Source of the DNA: an uncultured Metamycoplasma sp.
GTDB lineage: Bacteria; Bacillota_I; Bacilli_A; Mycoplasmatales; Metamycoplasmataceae
DNA length: 64,000 bases
Assembly: GCA_964435585.1 (NCBI GenBank)
Contig: CAYSZT010000003.1
Span: forward strand, 14,870-78,869
Direction: 5' to 3'
How positions within the stretch are numbered: position 1 is the stretch's first letter; each line of letters starts with the position of its first letter. Of this stretch, positions 13,843-25,596 are shown one piece after another. Both the position numbers and the translations under genes were made by a program. The notes under the pieces are model-generated. The model was not told the origin of the DNA and made no database searches. It worked only from the letters and a program-made list of their open reading frames with translations.

Positions 13843-15219
13843 ATGAAAAACAAAAAAACAATTGATGATGTAATGCTAGATGGTAAAAGAGTCATTATAA
13901 GAGTTGATTTTAATGTTCCAATGAAAGATGGAAAAATCACAAACAACAAAAGAATTGTTGCTGCCATTCCAACAATCAAAAAAGCATATGAATCAAATGC
14001 AAAAGTAATTCTTTTATCTCATTTAGGTAGAGTTAAAATAGCTGCTGATAAAAAAGTTAAAACTTTAAAACCAGTTGCTGCTAAATTATCTAAATTGATT
14101 AATAAACCTGTTAAATTTATTCCTGAAACTTCAGGTCAAACAGTTAAAGACGCTGTTAAAGAAATGAATCCAGGTGACATTATTATGCTTGAAAATACAA
14201 GATTTGAAGATCTTAACGATAAAGCAGAATCAAAAAACAATGCAAGATTGGCTAAATTTTGAGCTTCTCTTGGTGATGTATTTGTTAATGATGCATTTGG
14301 GACATCACACAGATCACATGCTTCAAATGTAGGTATTGCCTCAAACGTTGCTGAATCATGTGTTGGTTACTTAGTTGAAAAAGAAATTAAAATGATTTCT
14401 AAAGCAATTAATAAACCTGAAAGACCTGCTGTCGCAATTATTGGTGGTGCAAAAATTGCTGATAAAATTAAAACAATTGATTTTTTAATCAACAATGTTG
14501 ATAAGGTAATCATTGGTGGTGGAATGGCTCACGTATTTGCCAAAGCACAAGGTATTGCAGTTGGAAATTCAATTGTTAAAGATGATACAACACCTGAATC
14601 AAAATTAATTGAAATTGCTACAGAGTATCTAAAAAAATATCAAGACAAAATTGTTTTACCAATTGATTGAGCATTAGCATCAAAATTTGATAATGTTTCA
14701 CCAATTTACAATACATCAAATTCACTTGAAATTCCTGCTGGATATTACGGATTAGATGTTGGTCCTAAAACAGTTGCTATGTTCAAAAAAATCCTTTCAG
14801 GAGTTAAAACTGTTATTTGAAATGGCCCAATGGGAGTATGTGAATTTAGTAACTATGCATATGGAACACGTGAATTAGCAAGAGTTATTGGTAATTTACC
14901 TGGTGCTTACACAATTGTTGGTGGTGGTGATTCTGTTGCTGCTATCATGTCATTAGGTCTTGAAGATAAATTCTCACACGTTTCAACAGGAGGCGGAGCT
15001 TGCTTAATGATGTTAGAAGGTAAAGACTTACCTGGCATTGTAGCTATTCAAAATGAAAATGAAAGTGCTAGAAAACAAGTAGACGCATCTAAACCTGCTT
15101 CTAAGACATCAGAGATCAAAACAAATGATAAAGCAAAGTCAGGAAAAACAGCTGAAGTTAAAACTTCAAACAACAATAAAAAAACAGGTAAAACTTCAGA
15201 AATCAAAACTAAAAAATAA
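13843..15219 (+). CDS. pgk: phosphoglycerate kinase with a roughly 55-aa Lys-rich C-terminal tail
   Basis: Three same-frame track ORFs (13843.., 14392.., 14830..) join across TGA. Translation [23 protein letters not shown]..., [18 protein letters not shown], followed by the tail. Confidence 0.95.
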
Positions 15220-15244
15220 TTGAATCTTTTAGTTAGAAAATTAA

Positions 15245-15276
15245 AAAATCTATTGGTTTTCAGTAGATTTTTTTTT
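15245..15276 (+). terminator. rho-independent terminator after pgk
   Basis: Stem aaaatctattg / cagtagatttt (11 bp including one G-U), loop gtttt, followed by a T-run through 15276. Confidence 0.6.
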
Positions 15277-15286
15277 ATTCTTTTTT

Positions 15287-15295
15287 TGATATAAT
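15287..15295 (+). promoter_or_regulatory. extended -10 (TGaTATAAT) for gyrB
   Basis: tgatataat lies 57 nt upstream of the gyrB ATG, immediately after the pgk terminator. Confidence 0.45.
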
Positions 15296-15307
15296 TTTTA
15301 TTAGTAA

Positions 15308-17287
<1,980 letters not shown>

Positions 17288-17302
17288 AATTGTTATAAAA
17301 AA

Positions 17303-17331
17303 AGAATAGTTAATAGGCACTATTCTTTTTT
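17303..17331. terminator. bidirectional rho-independent terminator between convergent gyrB and the ZIP gene
   Basis: Stem agaatagt / actattct, 8-nt loop, flanked by an A-run upstream and a T-run downstream, so it can work on both strands. Confidence 0.6.
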
Positions 17332-17350
17332 ATTTGTTTTTTTAAATCTT

Positions 17351-18289
17351 TTATGCTTTAAAGTCATTTAATTGATTTATTCATGATACTATTTCATGAG
17401 AATGACTTGTACCGTGATCGTGGAAACAAAGAATGAATAGAGCAGCTGCAATCCCGATAATAAAGATCAACATAGTGATATATCAACTTTTACCTGAGAT
17501 TCTTAAATCATGTAGGAATTCAGGGAAGAATTCAATGATAGAAATGAACAATAGAAACGCTGCTGCTATTAATTGAACAACATGAATTGCTATTTCATTT
17601 TCAAGCGAGAATCACCCAATAATCGCTCCGATTACAATCAATGGAATAACTAGACCTACAGCAATCAAACTATTTGCTGTTGCTCTTTTTTTAGAAATAC
17701 CCATGTCAATTTGTCTATAGTAGATGATTAGTTCTTCTGGGATAACATGAATTACAAATGAACAAAGGAAGACAATATTTACAACATTAATACTCTCTCT
17801 TGCGATTTGAGAACAAAGTAATCCAATAATAATTCCGTCAGGTATTCTGTGAGTTAGAAGAAAGAAGATGGCAAATGCTTTTGATTTAGGATTATAGTCA
17901 GACACATTAAATATCATTTCGTCATGATTGTGTGTATGAATATCTGTCTTGCCTTTTTTATTAGCAAAAAAGAATTTAATTCCTAAACACAATAGTAATC
18001 CACCAAGAACAACAGAAGTAATGACTGCTGCAGTTATCACCTTACCAACAACCTCATTATTCATTTCAGAGATAAAATGTTCTTCAAGATGAATTTTTGA
18101 TTCACCAATGAATAAAACAGTTGACATGATCAAGAAAAATCCTGATGAAAAGGCATAAAGATAACGATTAGCTTTTTTACTAATTGTAGGTTTTAAAATA
18201 GGAAGTATCGCCCCGCATAACAAAGGAATACCTATTACAAATGCAGAGATACAAGATATAACAACTACTAATATTTGAACGTCGTTCAT
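17351..18289 (-). CDS. ZIP-family divalent metal (zinc) transporter, ZupT-like
   Basis: Track ORF 17612..18289 continues across TGA codons to the TAA at 17351..17353 (checked codon by codon). Multiple TM segments, His-rich loop (TDIHTHNHDE), C-terminal HDHGTSHSHE. Confidence 0.85.
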
Positions 18290-18308
18290 TTTATTAGTAC
18301 CTTTCTAC

Positions 18309-18332
18309 GTAAACTTATCTTGATAAGTTTAC
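18309..18332. promoter_or_regulatory. perfect 11-bp inverted repeat (gtaaacttatc tt gataagtttac), candidate operator upstream of the ZIP transporter
   Basis: It lies 20-43 nt upstream of the ZIP ATG (18289) in the 60-nt spacer. No T-run follows it on the minus strand, so it is unlikely to terminate the nuclease gene. Confidence 0.45.
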
Positions 18333-18349
18333 AAGTTTCATTTTATCAA

Positions 18350-18922
18350 ATTAGATTATTAACTAGGAAATATTTTTCTTAATGTTGCTTCACTTTCAGA
18401 TCAAAAACCTTTTTTATTTTTCTTTGCATAATCTTGTAAGTCATAAAGATTATTTACATAGTCAGTATCATAATAATAAAAGTAATTATTTTTGATGGTT
18501 GAGATATATCTAACGATAGCGAATCCATTTTTAATCATGTAGGAACCGTAGTCTAACCCATTGTCTAGGGTAACTTTTGCTATTTTTCTATGATACTTAT
18601 CTTCTTTCGAAGTTTCTACTTCAACATTTCTATTTTTCAAGATTTTACTAGCTTCATTTTTTGCTATTGTTCCATAAAAATATTGTGGCCCACTAGTATT
18701 ATTGAAGTTATTATTTGAATCATATGTTTCAGGTGTATCTATGCCAAGAATTCTATATCTTTGACTTGAACTTTCAAAAGTATCACCATCAATGATTTTA
18801 TTAACTATTATGTTTTTTGAATAATTTGAAACAAGGTTACATGATGTTGAGGTAACAAATTGAGTTATACAACATAATGAACCTATAAGTGTTAAGGAAA
18901 TTTTTTTAAAATTAAGCTTTAT
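18350..18922 (-). CDS. secreted/lipoprotein thermonuclease (SNase-like); start codon uncertain (non-canonical)
   Basis: The frame of track ORF 18401..18640 extends both ways across TGA. The upstream part encodes (I/M)KLNFKKISLTLIGSLCCITQFVTSTSC (signal/lipobox) and the SNase motif IIDGDTF...RYRILGIDTPE. There is no in-frame ATG/GTG/TTG between the TAG at 18932..18934 and the catalytic motif. TAA stop at 18350..18352. Confidence 0.7.
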
Positions 18923-19811
18923 TATCTGAACCTAATTCTTTAATTTTTTCTTCAACAGTTTTTTTCATTGCGGCAATACCAGGAGCATATAGTTTTCTTG
19001 GATCAAAGTTTTTACCTTTTTTAGCTTCTCCTGATTCAACAAATTTTCAAATTGCTTTTGCATTTGCTTGTTGCAATTCTGTGTTAACGTTGATTTTTGA
19101 AATTCCTAATGAAATAGCTTTTTTAATTTGACTTGAAGGAATTCCAGAACCACCATGTAGAACCATACCAATTCCACAAGCTTTTGATAAGTTTTCTAAT
19201 TCTTTGAATTTAAGTCCTTTTCATCCTTTTGGGTATGGACCATGTATATTACCAATACCTGCAGCTAAAAAGTCAATACCTAAATCAGCCATTTTTTTTG
19301 CTTCTTGTGGATCAGCAATTTCACCTTCACCAACAATACCATCTTCTTCACCACCAATTGAACCAACTTCAACTTCAACTGATGCTCCATATTTTTTAGC
19401 TAGTTTTACGACTTCTTTTGAATTTTCATAGTTTACTTCAAATTTTTCATGTGAACCATCGTACATAACTGATGTATAACCATTTTCAAGAGCTTTTTTA
19501 ACTCCTTCAAATGAACCGTGGTCTAAGTGCAGTACAACAGGGATAGTAATGTTTAAATCATTCATTAATCCTGTAACCATACCATATACAGTTTTAAAAC
19601 CACCCATGTATTTAACAGCGCCTTCTGAAGTACCTAGAATAATAGGTGAATTCATTTCTTGAGCTGCTAACAAGATTGTTTTTGTTCATTCTAAATTATT
19701 AATGTTAATATGCGGAACAGCATATTTACCCTCAAAAGCCTTTCTGATCATGTCTTTTGCGTTTACTAGATTTTTAGGTTTTTGTATAACTGATTTTTCA
19801 AAAATACTCAT
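18912..19811 (-). CDS. fba: class II fructose-bisphosphate aldolase
   Basis: aaggag RBS and ATG at 19811. Track ORF 19221..19673 shares the frame and joins across TGA. VVLHLDHG, GNIHGPYPKGW, VLHGGSG. TAA stop at 18912..18914. Confidence 0.95.
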
Positions 19812-19881
19812 AATAATAACTCCTTAAATTAGTGATCAAATAAACTTTTTCCTCACACATTGTGAGTCTGACACCAAAATT

Positions 19882-19890
19882 ATTTTACCA
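19882..19890 (-). promoter_or_regulatory. extended -10 (TGgTAAAAT) for fba
   Basis: The reverse complement reads tggtaaaat, about 70 nt upstream of the fba ATG. Confidence 0.4.
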
Positions 19891-19939
19891 CTTTATGTTT
19901 TTTTGTTAATCACTTTCTAGCTAGGAAGTTAGCAAATTT

Positions 19940-19948
19940 TGATATAAT
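19940..19948 (+). promoter_or_regulatory. extended -10 (TGaTATAAT) for comEA-comEC
   Basis: tgatataat lies 50 nt upstream of the comEA ATG, in the divergent fba/comEA spacer. Confidence 0.4.
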
Positions 19949-19997
19949 AGAAACACGACAAGATTTCTGAATTCTTCTCCTGGTTTTTAAGGAGAAT

Positions 19998-20504
19998 ATG
20001 ATAAAGAAAAAGAAAAAAATATGAATAATTTCAGCCATTACTTTAACTATTATTTGTGTAGCTTCATTTGCTACATATAAAATTTGTAATACACAAATTT
20101 CTAAATCTGTAACTTCAAAGAATGATTATACTGTTGCGATAAATGGCGCAGTTAAGAATCCTGGTTCATATACGTTCAATAGACCAAAATCATTAAGGGA
20201 AATAATTTTTTCTGCTAGTGTTTTAACCAATGCAGACACAACTTCACTAGAGCTTGAGAAAATCATAGATGAAGATTGCCAAATAATTGTTCCTTACAAA
20301 GTTGGTTCAGTAAAGAAAATAAAGTGAAAAGATTTAAATTCTGTGGAACAATTAACAGATTTGGGAGTTAAAAAATCTATTGCTCAAACAATAATAAACT
20401 TTAGGCGTCAAAACGAAAGCACTACATGAGAAGAAATTCTTTCTTTAAAAGGAATTGGCCAAGTAACTTTAGGACAATTAAAAGATATAATTGATCTTTC
20501 TTAA
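19998..20504 (+). CDS. comEA: competence protein ComEA-like DNA receptor (TM anchor, SLBB-like region, helix-hairpin-helix)
   Basis: aaggaga RBS. MIKKKKKIW(TGA)IISAITLTIICVASF anchor, INGAVKNPGSYTF, C-terminal HhH LTDLGVKKSIAQTIINFR...LSLKGIGQVTLGQLKD. TAA stop at 20502..20504. Confidence 0.8.
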
Positions 20505-20521
20505 TTTTTACATTAGTAGTT

Positions 20522-21817
20522 TTGGAAATTATTTTCTCTTTTTTGGTTGTAAAAGTATTTAATTTTGTTTGAGTCATTTTATTGAGTTTCAACACAATAT
20601 TTCTATTAGTAGTTAGCTGAAAAATTTTAATTATTCTAATCCCTATAATTGGTACCTTTATTGGTATAAATTTTGCTGTCGAAAATTCAACAAATATTAA
20701 AAGTGAAATAGATGCTAATGTGACCGTTGTTAAAAAAATAAATTCAGGTGTTATTGCTGAATATAATAACTCAAAAATTTACTTTAAAGCATATGATAAT
20801 TTTGCTGTTGATGATGTTGTTCACGTTAAATCATCTGATGTAAGAAAAATAGATAATGGAAGTAGTTTCAACATGTATTTAAAGTCACAAGGCGTGAGAT
20901 ATATATGCAATTTACCAACTGTTGATTATGTTTATTCAAAACATACATTAAGAAGAGAAATAAACAGTTATTTCATAAGGGGACCGGCATACTATTCTAG
21001 ATATGCTCCCTTGCTTTTATTAGGAAATAGAAACAATAAAAATGAAGAGATAATTTCTAAGTTATCTAACATTTCAATTATTCATTTATTTACAATTTCA
21101 GGATTTCATATAAATATTGTTTTATTACTTTTCTCGAGTTTGTTCAAATTGTTAAAAGTTAAAAATAAATATTTATTGATGAGCCCATATTTATTTGTTT
21201 TGTTTTATGTGATTATTATGGGAATTCCAATTGCTGCAACAAGAGCATTAATTTTTGCTTTTTTGTGCTCAATGAACAAACACTTTTTTGAAAATAGATT
21301 TCATAAACTAAATTTACTATCGTTAACAATGTTAATTCTATTTTTCATTAATCCATATGTCCTATTTTCACAATCATTTATATTCACCTTTTTAATTACT
21401 TATGCAATAGTTTTAGTAACATCATCTAAGAACAAAAAACGTGTGAAACTGAAGGTATTTGTAGTTGGCTCATTGTTCTCACTTTTTATTGGGATAGTAA
21501 CAAATAAAGAAGTAAATATTAGTTTAATATTTACAACCTTAATATTCACCCCGATTATTTCTTTTTCTTACATACTGGTAATATTATTTTTCTGACTAAA
21601 ACCAGCAATAGATAATTATTTTCTATTAATTGATACTTTAATAAATATGTTCCAATATCTTAAATTAAGTTTTTATCTTTCTATTGATGCAAATTGAATG
21701 ATATTAGTTTTTTCTTTTACTTTTATCTCCATACTTATATGTATTGAAAAACCTCTCATAGAGAATGTTGATTTAGACAACAAAAATAGAAAATGATATT
21801 CTAATTTTCTTTATTAG
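20522..21817 (+). CDS. comEC: ComEC/Rec2-like DNA internalisation channel, short form (431 aa, competence domain only)
   Basis: The frame of track ORF 20720..21595 extends upstream across two TGA codons to the TTG at 20522 (start uncertain) and downstream across TGA to the TAG at 21815..21817. Polytopic, with HLFTISGFHINIV, typical of the ComEC competence domain. Confidence 0.7.
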
Positions 21818-24485
21818 CTTCTTGAACGGTTTTTGATCTATTAAATAAAACTAAATCCATTTCAAGTATTTCAGCTTGAACCTTCGAATCAAATTTGAAG
21901 TTCAATTCAACATCTTTTTTACCTTGATAGAAATCTAAAAGCTGATCATCGTTCATTTGTTGAAAGTGATCCATAAAAGATTTTTTCAATAGGTTTGATT
22001 GTTCTTCTGAAGACCTTGCGTTTCTTGTGAAAGAAAAAATATTGCTAAATATATCTTTAATTGATGCCAATGCAATGCTATCAATCATTTCGTTGAATTT
22101 AATAGTTCCCTCTTCAGTATAAATTTGATATGGATTTTTTTGAGAATATTGTACAACATTAGTTGAAAATCTTAATTTATCCATTATGTTAATATGTTCT
22201 TGTCAATAGTAATCAAGTTTATCAAGCATTTTCTCTTTTAAAAAATGTTGGAAAGCTTTTGTAGAACCTTTTTCATTAATAATTTGTTCTTGCTCATCAA
22301 AAACTATAGTAAATTTCTTTTCAAAATATTGTGGGATAAAATCAAGAGGTAAGTGAATCAAACTCTCTTTTGTTATTTTGTGTTTGTCCGCTTCTCTTTT
22401 AAAGAAATTATTGTTAACATATTTAACGAGCTCATCATAATTAATAGCACCATTTTCCATCATTATTCCTGGAATATATAAAATTTGTTTTGAAGCATTA
22501 GTGATCATTTTTCTTGCTACTTCAGATAGATTATTAAGTTTAATAATTTCATCTCTCTGTTTGTATAAAAGCTCTCTTTGTTTACGGACAACATCATCAT
22601 AGTTAAGAATACTTTTTCTTGAATCATAGTTAAAACCTTCGATTTTTTTCTGTGCTCTTTCAAATGCTTTAACAATTTGACCACCAGTAATTTTATTTTC
22701 GCCAAACGATTTAAAAATTTCTTTTCATTTATCTTGCAATGAAAAACGTTGGATTAATCTATCTTCAATTGACAAGAAGAATTTTGACTCACCAACATCT
22801 CCTTGTCTGCCCGATCTACCTTTTAATTGGTTATCAATTCTTCTTGATTCAGATTTATCTGTTCCAAGAACATATAAACCACCAACTTCTTTAACTCCTT
22901 CACCTAATTTGATATCTGTTCCACGACCGGCCATATTTGTTGAAATAGTAATTGCATTTAATACACCAGCTTTTTTTATAATTTCTGCCTCTTCAGCATT
23001 TTGTTTAGCATTTAGAACAGTATGTTGTAAGCCTTCTTTAACTAAAAGGTTGTGTAGATATTCGGATTCTTCAACTTGAGTAGTACCTATCAAAATTGGT
23101 TGCCCCTTAGCATGAATTCTTTTTATCTCTTGTACAAGCGCTTTATATTTTGCTTCAGCAGTCAAATATATTTGATCTTCATGATCAACTCTAATTACTG
23201 GTCTATGTGTTGGGACAACGTTAACTCTCATGTTATATGTGTTAATGAATTCTTGTTCTTCAGTTTTTCCTGTCCCTGTCATTCCACATAACTTTTTAAA
23301 CATACGGAAAAAGTTTTGATATGTAATAGTTGCTAGAGTTTTGGTTTCAGGTTCAATCTCAACACTTTCTTTTGCTTGGATTGCTTGTTGTAATCCTTCT
23401 GAGTATGAACGGCCTTCCATGATACGACCTGTAAATTGGTCAACGAGCTCAATTTTTCCTTTTAGAACAACATATTCAAAATCTTTTTTCATAACAAAAT
23501 TTGCTCTCAGGGCATTTTGAATTCTATGAACAACTTCAGTATTTTCTATTTTGTATAGGTTATCTGTTTTGTATCATTTATTTGCCTTGTCAACTCCTGA
23601 GTGAGTTAATGAAATTCCTTGAGATTCTTTATCAATAAAGTAATCTCCCTCAGTTAAAGATTTGGCAAATAAATCTGCATTTGTATAAAGTGATGATTCA
23701 TTTTCTTCACCACCAGAAATAATTAAAGGTGTTTTAGCTTCGTCGATAAGAATCGAATCAACCTCATCAATCAACGCGTAGTTAAGCTCTCTTTGAACCT
23801 TTTCATTTATATTTTTAACAATGTTGTCTCTTAAATAATCAAAACCTAACTCGGAGTGAATTGAATAAGTAATGTCACAAGCATATGCCTCTTTTTTTAA
23901 TGCAGGAGTCATATCCATTTTATTTAGCCCAACTGTAAGTCCTAATCATTTAAACACTTCCCCCATTTCTTCGGAATCACGTTCAGCCAAATACTCATTA
24001 ACTGTTGAAACAATAACTCCCCTTCCTTCAAGTGCATTTAAATAAATTGGAGCAATAGATGTAATAGTTTTACCTTCTCCTGTTTTCATTTCAGCAACAG
24101 AACCCATATCAAGAATAAGACCACCAAGAATTTGAACATCAAATGGTCTTTTTCCTAAAACTCTAAATGTAGCTTCCCGAGCAACAGCAAAAGCTTCAAC
24201 TTTAATATCATCTAAAGTTTCGCCTCTACTTAATCTTTGTTTAAAAAATCTTGTTTTTGTTTTTAATTGTTCATCAGTTAAGTTCTTTACAGATTTACCC
24301 AAGTAATTAATTTTCTTTAATAAATATTCAGCTTCTCTAAATTCGGCAGATTTAAAAGTTAAACTTTTTAAAGTTTGCTTTAATCTTTTTTGTTCTCTCT
24401 TCTTTACCGATTTTTCTTCTTTTTCGTTTCTTTTTCTATTAGCTTCTTGAATTTTTTCGGCTTTATTTTTATTAAATATTTTCAT
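21801..24485 (-). CDS. secA: preprotein translocase ATPase SecA (894 aa)
   Basis: Track ORFs 21801.., 22203.., 22725.., 23574.. and 23946.. share a frame. I translated the 22509..22724 gap and it is open (…[28 protein letters not shown]…). Motifs: [40 protein letters not shown]. Confidence 0.95.
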
Positions 24486-24517
24486 ACACTATAATGATAA
24501 CAAATTGATTATTTAAT

Positions 24518-25480
24518 TCAATTTACATCTTGTTTTTCAACAAGATCATAAATGGTCAATTTATTTGATTCAAGATTTTTATTATCTTTTAATGTAAACC
24601 CAGTCAATCTTTCATTATTATATGTGTTGTAATATAAAGACATTGTTTTTGAACTGTAGCAGTTTGTATAGATTGTAATTTCACATCTTGATTGGTGCCC
24701 AACAACTTCACCTCTTGTTTGAGCAACTGATTTTAATGTGTGGAAGTGTTGTGCTACATCAGCTTCTTCAGTGTCATCACATTTAGATGTTAAGTTTGTG
24801 TAACAAGCTCTTATGAATCTATCTTGTGAAGCAACTCCACCTGGTAGACCTGTTGTGCCTGTTCCATTAGAAATAATTTTTATATTTTCATTGTACAGTT
24901 CAGTTCTTTGATTTGGATTTAAATTTGCATGATAATTCATGTTTTCAACATGATATGGAAATTCAGGATTATTTGCTAAAGTTTTTAGAGGGTTATCATA
25001 TACATTTAAACCATTTTTTGTTGATTCAATAACGATACAATCGTCCTCGTCTGCCATCAATCAATGTAGTGGCGATAATGGTAATTTATCACTAAAGTTA
25101 ACATTTGTAAGGTTCATTTTTTCTAAAAATTTTCTTGCTTCCTTAACAGTTGCACAAGAACCCAAGATATATGGAATTAATTCAAATGGTGTAATATTTA
25201 ATGCTCCCTCTTTTCTTTCGAAGTATTTTGCATATCCATCAAAATTCAGACCTGCCATAAATAAACCTTTTTCATTCATTCCGTCATAATATAATGGATA
25301 ATCATCAGCAACCATTGCCATTCCGATTATTCCATAGCTCATTTTCATTGGTTCATTATTATCTCTTAAGTTCAATTTGTAATTTCTTGGAGTAATAATA
25401 ACTTTTGTAAATGGTAATTCAAATTCAAGATCTAGATTTCTACCAAAATAATTTTTTTTGTGTTTTATTCCCGTGCACAT
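24518..25480 (-). CDS. choloylglycine hydrolase / linear amide C-N hydrolase family (Ntn hydrolase, 320 aa)
   Basis: Track ORFs 24518..25060 and 25061..25480 share a frame and are separated only by TGA. The N-terminus MCTGIKHKKNYFGRNLDLE has the Cys2 nucleophile and the FGRNLD motif typical of the bile-salt hydrolase / penicillin V acylase family. Confidence 0.85.
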
Positions 25481-25596
25481 AAATATCCTCCAGAGTCATG
25501 TTTATTGACATTGTTATTTATATAAATTATATCATTGCTTTATAAACCAACCTAAATACCAAAGTTATTTAATAAAATTAAATATAATATTAAATT

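Noticed and set aside
22517-22705. A 62-aa minus-strand ORF (MAKIKLLVV...) listed in the track within the secA region.
   Set aside because: It is in a different frame from secA. The secA frame is open across this interval and encodes the conserved ...[20 protein letters not shown]... segment.
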